NCBI GenBank assembly: GCA_030647115.1
Contig: JAUSJZ010000040.1
Coordinates: forward strand, 1 to 56,874
From: a bacterium
GTDB lineage: Bacteria > Patescibacteriota > UBA1384 > CAILIB01 > JAUSJZ01
DNA: 56,874 bases
Direction of reading: 5' to 3'
The notes under the pieces are model-generated. The model saw only the letters and a program-made list of their open reading frames with translations, ran no database searches and had not been told where the DNA came from. The number at the start of each line of letters is the position of its first letter. The stretch's first letter is position 1. The position numbers and the translations under genes were made by a program. Below, one piece after another: positions 17,285 through 27,056 of this stretch.

Positions 17285-18739
17285 ATGTACGAGGTGAAAG
17301 AGGCTCCCTCAAAAATCGCCCACAATACCGTCATCCAAATTATTGGGCGGGTTCTTTTTTTGGCTTTAAGTCTCATTAATTTTAAGGTCATCTCTGTTTA
17401 TCTGGGTCCGACCTTGTTTGGAGACTACGGTAACGTCTTTAACTTCGTGGCGCTGTTTACGGTTTTGGCCGACTTCGGTCTCTTTACCGTGGCGGTACGG
17501 GAGATATCCAAAAAACCAAATAGCAGACAGGTTATTTTAGAGAATGTTTTCACTTTACGGCTGGTTTTAGCGCTCGCAACTTCGGTTCTGGCCATGGGAG
17601 TAGCCTATTTACTCGCCTGGCTCTTACCGAATTCCGGTTATCCACACCTGATACCGGCGCTGTATATTGGGGTATTTAACATGGTCATCTTCTTTATGGG
17701 TTACGTGGTCGATGCCGCCTTTCACGTTGAGCTCAAAATGTACTTTATCTCTTTGGTGGAGTTAATCGGCAAGGCGGTAGCCGTAGTCGGCGCCATCTTA
17801 GCGATTGTCTTCAAAGCCGGTTTTTTGTGGATAGTGGCCGCTGTCGCTCTAGGTACCTTGGTCTCGTTTGTTGCCCGGCTGATGTATGTCAAACCTTATT
17901 TCAAGCTCAAGTTGGGCTTTGACTACAAAATGTGGCGTTGGCTGATGGCCATGGCCGTACCGCTCGGCATCGTCTTTGCCCTAAACAATCTCTATTTCAA
18001 GATCGATAGCATCATGCTGTATCTCATCTCGGGCAGTTACGCCACCGGTATTTACACCGCCGCCTACCGGGTGCTCGAGACCATTGTCTTTATCTCCGTC
18101 TTCTTTATCGCCGCTCTGACCCCTTATTTGAGCAACTATTTGGAGCAGAAGCATAATGAGGCCCGCAAACTAATTACGGTTGGAGTAGAGATTTTGTTAG
18201 CCACCGGTGCCATTATCACCGTGGCGCTCTTGTTCTACTCTGAAGAAGTGATTCTCTTTCTGTCAGGCAACGCTTACCTGCCGGCAGCGGTGCCCCTTAC
18301 CTTATTGGCGTTTGTCGTTACTTTTCTCTACGTCAACAGCCTACTGGGTCAGGTACTCGTTTTACTCGACCGTCGCAAACTGTTGATCACCGTCTCGGGC
18401 GCCATCTTACTGCTGAACGTCGCCTTGAATTTTTATCTGATACCCAAATTCACCTTTGTCGGTACGGCCGCCTCAACCCTTATTTGTGAAACCTTACTGT
18501 TGGGGACCAACCTGATAATCATCCGTTGGAACGACCTGCTCAATTTTAGAAAGAAAAAGTTTGCCTACCTCGGTCTGTCGTTAAGTCTGGCGACCATTTT
18601 ATTTGCCGCCGCCAAAAGCATTAATCTCTTTTGGATAATTCCGTTCTTTGGCATACCGGCGCTCTATTTCTGGCTCCTGTGGCGGCAGGGTGTCTTGCCC
18701 CTCAATTACATCAGCCAACAGACGGCTAAAGCGCTGTAA
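17285..18739 (+). CDS. Wzx-type flippase (MOP superfamily)
   Basis: KIAHNT..QIIGR, YLGPTLFGDY, LADFGL..VREIS, LYFKIDSIML, GIYTAAYR, LNVALNFYLIPKF..GTAAST; about 14 TM helices. Confidence 0.93.
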   Translation: MYEVKEAPSKIAHNTVIQIIGRVLFLALSLINFKVISVYLGPTLFGDYGNVFNFVALFTVLADFGLFTVAVREISKKPNSRQVILENVFTLRLVLALATSVLAMGVAYLLAWLLPNSGYPHLIPALYIGVFNMVIFFMGYVVDAAFHVELKMYFISLVELIGKAVAVVGAILAIVFKAGFLWIVAAVALGTLVSFVARLMYVKPYFKLKLGFDYKMWRWLMAMAVPLGIVFALNNLYFKIDSIMLYLISGSYATGIYTAAYRVLETIVFISVFFIAALTPYLSNYLEQKHNEARKLITVGVEILLATGAIITVALLFYSEEVILFLSGNAYLPAAVPLTLLAFVVTFLYVNSLLGQVLVLLDRRKLLITVSGAILLLNVALNFYLIPKFTFVGTAASTLICETLLLGTNLIIIRWNDLLNFRKKKFAYLGLSLSLATILFAAAKSINLFWIIPFFGIPALYFWLLWRQGVLPLNYISQQTAKAL

Positions 18740-20074
18740 ATGTCCAAAAAGATTCTGCTTATAAGCAACGATGTGGTGGGGGAGACGATGGCCGGCCCGG
18801 GTATTCGTTATACCGAACTGGCTCGTGAGCTGGGTAAAGAACATCAGGTCTTGTTGGCCGCTCCGGCTCCTTCTACTACCCCCGACCCCGATATAAAGCT
18901 CATCACTTACGCCCACGGCGACTGGTCTTCGTTAGTACCTCAAGTCAGCCGTTCGGAGGTCATCGTCGCTCAATCACTGCACCCGACGCTACTGAAAGCG
19001 GTGCGTGGCAGTGGAGCGCGTTACATCGCCGATTTATACGACCCCATTGTGTTAGAGAATTTGGAGGCTCAAAAAGTGCTCGATTTAAACGTGCAGTCGG
19101 CTCACAACCGGTTCTTTCTCTCTATCGCTAACGCCCAACTGGCCTTAGCCGACCATATCTTATGTGCTTCTGACCGGCAACGTGATTACTGGCTCGGTAA
19201 TCTCACCGCTCTGGGTCGTCTGACACCCGACCTCTACCGCGACGACCCTTCGCTGACTTCGCTCATCTCACTGCTGCCTTTCGGTTACGCCAATCAGAAC
19301 CCCAAAATCACTGCCCCCGATGCTTTAGAACTGTTTATCCCTCATTTTAACCCCAAAAAAGACCACGTCATTATCTGGGGCGGCGGCGTCTGGAACTGGT
19401 TCGACCCGCTGACTTTAATTAAGGCCATTCACCAAATTGGCAAAAAGAGAAATGACATCAAGTTGTTGTTTTTAGGTACCAAACATCCCAACCCGCATAC
19501 TCCCGAGATGAAGATGATCACCAAAGCCCACGCCCTGGCCGAGGAGTTACGTCTGAAAGATAGTCTGGTGTTCTTTAACGAAGGCTGGGTACCTTACGAT
19601 CAGTTGGCCAATTTTCTGGCGCCCGCTTCGATTGGGGCCTCGCTCCATTTCGATCACGCCGAAACGAGAATGTCCTTTCGAACCCGAATCTTGAGTTACA
19701 TCTGGGCCGGTCTGCCCATTTTGGCGACCCGCGGTGATGCTTTAAGCGATTTTGTGGAACGGGAAGGTCTAGGTCTGACCGTCGATTATCAAGATGAAGT
19801 CGGAGTGCAGAAAGCGATCGTTCAGTTAGTGGATGATGCCGATTTACGACGCAGCATCAAAGAGAATATGGCTCGGGTCTGGCCCATCTTCACCTGGGAT
19901 CGGCTCATCAAACCACTCTCGGCCCGCATTGAACAAGATGCCTTTGCCAACCAGCGGGTAAACCAGTACGATTACTGGCGCTTAGTCAGCCAGTATTATT
20001 TGGCCGGGGCCAATAAGGTACGCTCTACTAAAGGTCTGGGCGGGATAATTGGTAAGCTGAAGCGTAAGCCATGA
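18740..20074 (+). CDS. Glycosyltransferase, GT-B fold (family 4-like)
   Basis: MAGPGIRYTELAREL, DLYDP, CASDRQRDYWLG, IWGGGVWNWFDP, ETRMSFRTRILSYIWAGLPI. Confidence 0.88.
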   Translation: MSKKILLISNDVVGETMAGPGIRYTELARELGKEHQVLLAAPAPSTTPDPDIKLITYAHGDWSSLVPQVSRSEVIVAQSLHPTLLKAVRGSGARYIADLYDPIVLENLEAQKVLDLNVQSAHNRFFLSIANAQLALADHILCASDRQRDYWLGNLTALGRLTPDLYRDDPSLTSLISLLPFGYANQNPKITAPDALELFIPHFNPKKDHVIIWGGGVWNWFDPLTLIKAIHQIGKKRNDIKLLFLGTKHPNPHTPEMKMITKAHALAEELRLKDSLVFFNEGWVPYDQLANFLAPASIGASLHFDHAETRMSFRTRILSYIWAGLPILATRGDALSDFVEREGLGLTVDYQDEVGVQKAIVQLVDDADLRRSIKENMARVWPIFTWDRLIKPLSARIEQDAFANQRVNQYDYWRLVSQYYLAGANKVRSTKGLGGIIGKLKRKP

Positions 20075-20916
20075 GTAAACAGGTAGTACCGGTGGTTTCA
20101 ATCATTATTGTCAACTACAAAACGGCCAAACTGACCAGTGACGCCGTTAATAGCCTATTAACCGATACCTCCCTCTCTATCCACGGCGCCGAAGGGCGAA
20201 CCCCCATCGAAATTATCGTCATTGATAACGCCTCGGCCGACGGTTCAGCCGCCAAATTGGAACAAGATTTTGGTGATCGCATCACGCTACTTACGACCGA
20301 GCGAAACCTCGGTTTTGGCCCAGCCAATAATTTGGGTGCTACCCAGGCTAAGGGCCTGTATCTCTTCTTCTTGAATAGCGACACGCTGGAGCTGCACGGT
20401 GCCGTCACCACCTTGGTCGCTTTCTTAGACCGTCACCCGGGGTACGGTGTGGTCGGGCCGAAAGTACTCTTGCCAGATAAAGAGACCATTCAGCCCGCCA
20501 GCTTTGGTCGGTTCCCCACTCTCACTCGTACCCTAAGACGCACCAGCGCTGTCAAAAAACCCCAACTCGATCTGCGCTTTGTCTGCACCGACACCGACTG
20601 GGTAACCGGTGCGGCCCTCATGATCACCGCCGCCGTTTTCTGGAACACGGGCGGATTTGATCAGCGTTACTTTATGTACTTTGAAGATCAAGATGTCTGT
20701 GCCAACGTTATCAAGATGGGGGCAAAAATAGCCGTCGTACACGATGCGGCCATCGTTCATTTCGGTGGTCAGAGTTTACCCAATGGTAAGAAAAAGTATG
20801 AATATTACGATCACAGCCAAGAACAGTTCTTCCTCAAACACTACGGCTGGCTAAAGACCGGACTGATGGTCTGCTTACGTTTCCCTTGGAAAATTTGGCG
20901 CTCTCTAGCGCGTTAA
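20071..20916 (+). CDS. Glycosyltransferase family 2 (WbbL/rhamnosyltransferase-like)
   Basis: SIIIVNY, VIDNASADGS, NLGFGPANNLG, FLNSD, WVTGAALMI, GGFDQRYFMYFEDQD. Confidence 0.93.
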   Translation: MSKQVVPVVSIIIVNYKTAKLTSDAVNSLLTDTSLSIHGAEGRTPIEIIVIDNASADGSAAKLEQDFGDRITLLTTERNLGFGPANNLGATQAKGLYLFFLNSDTLELHGAVTTLVAFLDRHPGYGVVGPKVLLPDKETIQPASFGRFPTLTRTLRRTSAVKKPQLDLRFVCTDTDWVTGAALMITAAVFWNTGGFDQRYFMYFEDQDVCANVIKMGAKIAVVHDAAIVHFGGQSLPNGKKKYEYYDHSQEQFFLKHYGWLKTGLMVCLRFPWKIWRSLAR

Positions 20917-20947
20917 GCAGTCAAGATAACCGTAAAGATACGGGTAC

Positions 20948-23599
20948 TTATAACCTTTCTTTATTTTTATGGCGCCAGGCAAAGTGGCAGAGTACCAGCA
21001 AATAACCCAAAGCGATTAATTGCCAGCCAGTATAACGAACCTGGGGCTGAAAGACTAGATCGGCTTCAGTAGTGCCGGCGGGTAACTGCCAGGCCATACC
21101 CAGCCCATTAACCGGCACGGGTCGCAGCCGCTTACTACCGTCATTTAACACCCAGTCATCATCGTAAGCCATGCGAAAGATTAACCAGCGCGGGGCGGCC
21201 ACATTGGCTTTAACACTGTAGTCACTGGCTGATTTCTTCGTAAAGACAATATAATCGGCCGCTGTTTTTACCGGCTCGACAATAGTAGCACTAATAGCCG
21301 GTACTGGCTCATGGGGCAAGACGAGTGCTTGGGCTAACCCGGTCGCTCCGTCACCTCTAATAGTTAATACCCCCTCATCAGCATTAGTTGGGGGTAAGGT
21401 TAGTTTCTGCCACCGCCACTCGCCATCAACGTCGTTGCTATCGGTTTTAATAACCTGCTCAAATTGGCCGTAATTCACGGTCACCGTTCTGGCGGTTAGT
21501 CCAAACCAGAGCTTAAGATACAGGGGTGATGCGGTCAATTTCGCCGGTAGGACAACCGATACGGTCCCAGCCGAGGCGCCATTTTGAGTAAAAAGATAAG
21601 GCTCTTTGGTGTAGGCTAAGCTCGAAGCCACCCACCAGGAGCCGCTCGGGCGGACCCAACCAGTCGCAACCGATGCCGCTGGAGTGAAGTTCAGCTGCGA
21701 TAATACGTTTAACTCCTGATTGTTGGACGCCAGTCTATCATCTTGCTCACCAATATAAGGTAGAGACTCAACTTTTGCTCTATCACTTAGTGTCAAATCT
21801 TCTAAATAAAAGACGGCATCCCCGTTGGCTCGAGCTAGCGTGCGCCAGTCATAGGCCGCCGTCACCGGGTTGTCGGCCAAACTGATAAGTGACGGGGTAT
21901 TTTTCACCGCGAAACGCTCGACTCCGGGTAACGTAGTGACCGACACCACCTGTGGCTGGTAACTCAATAATTCATGGTAATTAACGTTATACCAACGATC
22001 GGCCAACAGCGGTTGATTACGAGGGATAGCAAACAGGTCGGGAAATTCCGATTCTAAATCAACTCGAATAAAAATGTTATTACCGGCTACCGCCTGCATC
22101 AGACCGGCTAAATAAGGATCTTTAGCGTAGAGACTCATGACTAAAGCACTTCTGAAGGAGACACTGGGCGACGGCAGATCTAGCACCGACGCTTCGGCCG
22201 GTATCTGGGAGCGGTTGGTCGAGAGCGCGTAAACATCGGCATTGGTCGCTCCGGGCGACTGGTCGTCTTTGAATTTGATAAAACCCAAAGGTGGTAAAAA
22301 GAGCGAGCGGGTAGTGCGGTTAATTTCGGGTTCGGCTGAAGCCGTCAGCAGACGGTAGCTGTCGGGAATAGTGGCCGGCCCCATAAAGTGAGACCACCCT
22401 TTTTGCCAATAAGGTGCAGCCAACCCAATGACCAGCAGTACGCTCGCTAACACGGGTAACGACCGACGGTTGGTTTTACTCCACCAATAGTTTATGGTCA
22501 CTGCAGCTAGCCAAGAGAGACTAAGGGTAATTAAAAATGACCAGTGGTAGACCTCACGGAATAGATTGGTGAATGGCAAATTGAGATAGATCCACCTAAA
22601 GATATTACCCGCCGGTTCGGCCGGACCGAGCGCCATCAACCAAGCCAATGCCAAAATGAAACTAAACAGTCGTACCTCGCGGCGACGGTTGGCTAAGGCC
22701 GGTGCCATAATTGCCAGTAAGACCACTCCAAAACTACCACCGACGAACCACTTACTCTTGAGCAAGAGGTCAAAGAAACTAAAAGTAATGTGATGGTCGG
22801 CGCCAATGAGCGTCCTAATGAGACTATGCGGTAATGAAGCTATGGTAGCGTAAGAGCTACCCAAATTATTGATGTTCGCCGCCACGATCACTCCATTGCG
22901 CAGCACCACACTCAACCACGGCAATTGAACTAGAGCGGCTGACGCGATCATGAGCAAGATGAGACCAAAACCTCGTCTGAAGTAGTTAATGTTTGGAGCC
23001 GTTACTAAATCTACCAGCAGAATAATCAAGAGCATGACGGCGAATTGGGGCTGGGCGCTGATAAGGACAAACAGTACGGGCATGAAATAGCCCCACCAGA
23101 CGACCCGTCGTTGTTCAACGGTGATGAACCAAGCCCGCAAGAACCACGGTGCCAGCGCAATGGCAATTAAATAGAAGATGAATCCCACCACGACCCTAAT
23201 AAAAATGAGGGGTGAGATGACATATATAATACCACCGATGACGGCCGGGAAGAGCGCCAGACCCCGGTTCTTTAAGAGCCAGGTCATACCGACTCCACCA
23301 ACCACAATGGTACCCAATACAATCAGTTTTAGGGTCAGCAACACGGGCATAGTAGTCACTAGACCGAAACCGGAGATCAGCAACAGGGGTATCCAAGCCA
23401 TATTGATACCGACCGCCTGACCCAGAAAGAAGTCGTTCCAGGCGGTAGTGGCATCGTGCCAGGTCTTGGTCCAATCAAATAAGGCAAACCCCCAGTCATA
23501 TTTTAAATTCAAATTGGCACTGGTCAGTAAGGGCCAACAGACAACTAGGCCGATGAGCAGAAAAAGCAACCAAATTAACCAGATCTTACTCCTGTTCAT
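20948..23599 (-). CDS. Large polytopic GT-C-like protein (AftD/YfhO-like), paralog 1
   Basis: About 12 TM helices then a large external domain and C-terminal TM; early YDW, LPFTNLFRE, RSLFLP, YDDDW..VNGLGMAW motifs shared with the paralogs. Confidence 0.7.
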   Translation of the reverse strand: MNRSKIWLIWLLFLLIGLVVCWPLLTSANLNLKYDWGFALFDWTKTWHDATTAWNDFFLGQAVGINMAWIPLLLISGFGLVTTMPVLLTLKLIVLGTIVVGGVGMTWLLKNRGLALFPAVIGGIIYVISPLIFIRVVVGFIFYLIAIALAPWFLRAWFITVEQRRVVWWGYFMPVLFVLISAQPQFAVMLLIILLVDLVTAPNINYFRRGFGLILLMIASAALVQLPWLSVVLRNGVIVAANINNLGSSYATIASLPHSLIRTLIGADHHITFSFFDLLLKSKWFVGGSFGVVLLAIMAPALANRRREVRLFSFILALAWLMALGPAEPAGNIFRWIYLNLPFTNLFREVYHWSFLITLSLSWLAAVTINYWWSKTNRRSLPVLASVLLVIGLAAPYWQKGWSHFMGPATIPDSYRLLTASAEPEINRTTRSLFLPPLGFIKFKDDQSPGATNADVYALSTNRSQIPAEASVLDLPSPSVSFRSALVMSLYAKDPYLAGLMQAVAGNNIFIRVDLESEFPDLFAIPRNQPLLADRWYNVNYHELLSYQPQVVSVTTLPGVERFAVKNTPSLISLADNPVTAAYDWRTLARANGDAVFYLEDLTLSDRAKVESLPYIGEQDDRLASNNQELNVLSQLNFTPAASVATGWVRPSGSWWVASSLAYTKEPYLFTQNGASAGTVSVVLPAKLTASPLYLKLWFGLTARTVTVNYGQFEQVIKTDSNDVDGEWRWQKLTLPPTNADEGVLTIRGDGATGLAQALVLPHEPVPAISATIVEPVKTAADYIVFTKKSASDYSVKANVAAPRWLIFRMAYDDDWVLNDGSKRLRPVPVNGLGMAWQLPAGTTEADLVFQPQVRYTGWQLIALGYLLVLCHFAWRHKNKERL

Positions 23600-23876
23600 A
23601 ACCGAGTATCCCAATTAAAGAGGTACTGATGGTCAGCAACAGTAACAGGTTAGCAAAGGGCCACAGCCACCGCAACCCGACACTACTTTGGAAAAGGAGT
23701 ATTACTAAAATAACCAGAGTGATAGCCACCAACAGCCACCGTACATAAGGGCGCGTCGCCTTAAACCAAAAAGAGAGCTGACTGATAACCGTATAACTAA
23801 CCAACAAAGGAACCGAGAAGGTGAGCCCCAGCGAGACGGCGGTAATTAATAACCAGACGATTGTTTTAGGTATCAC
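23586..23876 (-). CDS. Small membrane protein (about 3 TM helices)
   Basis: 96 aa, hydrophobic, overlaps both neighbours in the operon. Confidence 0.6.
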   Translation of the reverse strand: MIPKTIVWLLITAVSLGLTFSVPLLVSYTVISQLSFWFKATRPYVRWLLVAITLVILVILLFQSSVGLRWLWPFANLLLLLTISTSLIGILGYEQE

Positions 23877-24225
23877 GTCGCTGCTTGATGAAAGCTACTA
23901 CTAAGGCCGTCGTAATGAAGAACAGCACCCAGGTACCTAGATCTTGAGTCAGACCACTGCCCGGCCGTAACCAGGTTACTAACATGAGGGCGACTGTTCC
24001 TAAAAAGCCAGCCGCCATCGAAAATTCAAACGGTATCAGCAAACCAAGCGAGGCCACAAACCAGTAGATTAAAAACTGACGTTCGGGACTAGTCAACTGA
24101 CCGGTTAACTTTGAGAAGACAACCTCACCAAAATAGACCAGAATAAAAGCTAACCCCAACCACTGCCACCGTAAGGGTCGTTGGCGCATGTCATGCTCCA
24201 GTTGTGACTTTAGTCGGCCAATCAT
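23866..24225 (-). CDS. Small membrane protein (about 4 TM helices)
   Basis: 119 aa, hydrophobic, ATGA overlap with the upstream gene. Confidence 0.65.
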   Translation of the reverse strand: MIGRLKSQLEHDMRQRPLRWQWLGLAFILVYFGEVVFSKLTGQLTSPERQFLIYWFVASLGLLIPFEFSMAAGFLGTVALMLVTWLRPGSGLTQDLGTWVLFFITTALVVAFIKQRRDT

Positions 24226-27047
24226 CTTTTAAATCGTTGTCGTTTCTTTTTGAGACCAATAAATAACACCACAATTAAGCTTGACAGCGAGATTAACAGA
24301 CCCCAGTGGAAAGGCGCTTTATTGCCAAATTCAATTCTAAATTGAGTGGCTTGGGTATTAGCCGGCAGCAACCAGGCATTAGCAAAACCGTTCACCTCTA
24401 AATGTTCTAACGGGGTGACCCCTTTAATACGCCAGCCTTTGTTAAAAGCTTGGTTCAGCACCAGGTAATAGGGTTGAGCAGCGGCGGCCACCGTACCTTC
24501 ATACAAACCCGGTTTAAGCCGCTCAAAGTTGATGGTTGGTGGTGTACTGGTGGACTCATTGAGCGAGTTGGTGAGAGCAATATATTCGGGTACGGTGTTA
24601 AACAGTTGTTGTACCGTCAAATCGGCCAGCGCCACTTTAGATGCGACTACCTCACCATCCACCATAGTCGGGTTAGCTAACAGCAGTAACTCGCCCGGCT
24701 GTTCGGAATTAACTTCGACCAAAATGGTCAGCTCTTGCCAGGCACTGTTTTTAGGAAGACTGGCACCGGTCAATTCACCGTCATCATGCAAAAACTTGGC
24801 CTCCAGCCCAATACCGGACTCGGTTCGCGTCAGCGCTTTTACCCGATAGAGACCGGGTTTAATAAGACCTAGTTTGACACTCATACAACCAGGGGCTTCT
24901 TCACTGGAGTAGACCATTTGGACATTGGTTTTACCCCCATTTTCATCGGCCTGATAAAAACTGTCCGGAAATATCAAACGGCCGCGGGCATCTTGGCAGG
25001 GCACCCACTTGGTCTCTTCAAATTTGCCCGAATAAGCCAAATTAGGTGGATTACCAAAATTTAAGGAGAGACTATGTGACCCCACGGTCAGGTTTTGCAC
25101 GTCCTTAGTGTCGATAATTTGGTTATCAATGCGCAACAAATAGGCGGCTAATTCCGGTTGAAATTGTAACGTGCCTTTAAAGTTGGCGGGGTTCTGCCAC
25201 TGCCACACGGCGGTATCACCGTTTAACTGTAATTCTTTCAGATTTAGACTGATGCCCCGCAGTCGCTCTGAAGTAGAAGATTGCCGTTGAGCTCCGTCGG
25301 CCCGATTACTCAACAAGAGCAAATCTTCAGCGGTGAGAGCCGGGTTGAATTTGGCCACCAGTTCTTTGTCTAACGCCACCGTCTGTTTGGCGGTGTAGAG
25401 CTCATCTTTAGCTCCTTCGTTGGCAAAAACCCTAATGGCCGGGGCACCACTATCAACTTCTTTCAGCCAGGTTTTACCGGCCACCAGTTGTAAGAAATAA
25501 TCAGCCAGGCCGTAGTGACGGTATATTTCATTCTCGGTATCAAGGGGTAAACCGACCCATTTGACGCCGGCCTGATCTAACAACCAATCGGCATAAGGGT
25601 GATTGAGCAGATTTTCCGGTAAGGCATCGGCCCCTTTAAACGGGCTCCATTCACCTTCGGCCACGTCTTTCAGACTAATGGCCGGATGCGTTTGGGTATA
25701 GGGAATATACCGTTGCATTACCGGTACCCAGAGGCTCCGGCTGAAACCGGGGTCATTCGCCAGAAATGGTTGAAAAGCCAGATATTCTGCCGGCACCTGA
25801 TGTGGTACAAAGGTACCGTGTCTGGTTTGAGACCAGAACGGATAAAGCGGTAGCCACAACATCATTAAAATTAGACCAGCTCCCAATATTCGACGTTGCA
25901 ACGGTAGTCTATCAACCAAGTAGAGCGCCCCCAAACCAGCCGCTGGAGCCAACCCCAGTAACAACAGAGCAAAAAATTTAGCCGGGTCACGAAATAAGAT
26001 AAACCCCGGCACGTGGGTAAAGAGCCAGGCATAGGTACCGGCGAAGGGCTCGTTACCACCCTTGAGCAGAAAGACACCCATTACTATGAGCGTAAATAGC
26101 AATAAACTAAACCGGTTACGCCGCCACTGCCACAGAGATACTAAAGCCAATAAAAGAGTCAGGTAGAACAACGGTTGAATGGGGTTGAGTATCCCTTCTG
26201 ACCAGGGCCACCAGACGTGGTTAGCCGCTAACCCGTGCGCAACGGTGGCGTAGCTTAGGGAACCGATCCAACCAACATCGGTGTAATTGGTGGGCACCCC
26301 TGCCGCCCCGGCCGTACCCGTCAGTATGGGCCAGAGCCAGTAGGCCGAAAGGAGAGCAGCCAACACCACTACCGCCACCAGCAATACGGCTAGCTTCCCC
26401 AGACGTCGTTCTCTCTGGACAGTAATGGTGAGTTGATAAATAAGCGTCAGCAGACCGGCTAAAAGAGTGATGGCTAACATACGCAGGTCATAGATAGCCT
26501 GAACGGCGATAGTCAGACTCAACCACGCGACGGTTGAGCGTTGGCGTTGCGCTACCAGCTTACTTACCAGATAGAGAGTGAGCGGTGCCAACGCATAACT
26601 GACCGCCAGCGTCATTTGGCCCCCCTGAACGGTGTTGAGAGAGAAAGAATTAAGGGTATAAAGTAGAGCGGTAATAAATGCCCCCAAACGTCGCTTCGTA
26701 ATTAGGTAGCCCCACTGCCAGGCACCAACCCAAGCAAAGACAATAAACGGTACGAACCAGAAGAGACGCGCGGTAATGGAAGGACTAACCTGAAAATTTT
26801 GCCACAGCAGCCCGTACCACCAGTGGATGGCGTTGTGAGCAGCACTGATACTTAAGGGTGAACCGAAGTTGCGCGCCGCATCGAAGATTAACAGATGCTG
26901 ATAATATTCAACCGCGCGGGAAGGTAAGATATGCCACCAGTCACCGTAACTTAAGAAGCCGGGAATAAACCAGGGCCAAAAGACCAGACCTAAAACAACA
27001 ACCGACAACAAGGCCCACCACCAAGCTTTTATCTTTACCGGAAACAT
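24222..27047 (-). CDS. Large polytopic GT-C-like protein (AftD/YfhO-like), paralog 2
   Basis: LSYGDW, LYTLNSF..GGQM, LKGGNEPF..YAWLFTHVPGFILFRDPAKF, RSLWVP, FNKGW..VNGFANAW, C-terminal TM. Confidence 0.75.
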   Translation of the reverse strand: MFPVKIKAWWWALLSVVVLGLVFWPWFIPGFLSYGDWWHILPSRAVEYYQHLLIFDAARNFGSPLSISAAHNAIHWWYGLLWQNFQVSPSITARLFWFVPFIVFAWVGAWQWGYLITKRRLGAFITALLYTLNSFSLNTVQGGQMTLAVSYALAPLTLYLVSKLVAQRQRSTVAWLSLTIAVQAIYDLRMLAITLLAGLLTLIYQLTITVQRERRLGKLAVLLVAVVVLAALLSAYWLWPILTGTAGAAGVPTNYTDVGWIGSLSYATVAHGLAANHVWWPWSEGILNPIQPLFYLTLLLALVSLWQWRRNRFSLLLFTLIVMGVFLLKGGNEPFAGTYAWLFTHVPGFILFRDPAKFFALLLLGLAPAAGLGALYLVDRLPLQRRILGAGLILMMLWLPLYPFWSQTRHGTFVPHQVPAEYLAFQPFLANDPGFSRSLWVPVMQRYIPYTQTHPAISLKDVAEGEWSPFKGADALPENLLNHPYADWLLDQAGVKWVGLPLDTENEIYRHYGLADYFLQLVAGKTWLKEVDSGAPAIRVFANEGAKDELYTAKQTVALDKELVAKFNPALTAEDLLLLSNRADGAQRQSSTSERLRGISLNLKELQLNGDTAVWQWQNPANFKGTLQFQPELAAYLLRIDNQIIDTKDVQNLTVGSHSLSLNFGNPPNLAYSGKFEETKWVPCQDARGRLIFPDSFYQADENGGKTNVQMVYSSEEAPGCMSVKLGLIKPGLYRVKALTRTESGIGLEAKFLHDDGELTGASLPKNSAWQELTILVEVNSEQPGELLLLANPTMVDGEVVASKVALADLTVQQLFNTVPEYIALTNSLNESTSTPPTINFERLKPGLYEGTVAAAAQPYYLVLNQAFNKGWRIKGVTPLEHLEVNGFANAWLLPANTQATQFRIEFGNKAPFHWGLLISLSSLIVVLFIGLKKKRQRFKR

Positions 27048-27056
27048 AATTCCATT

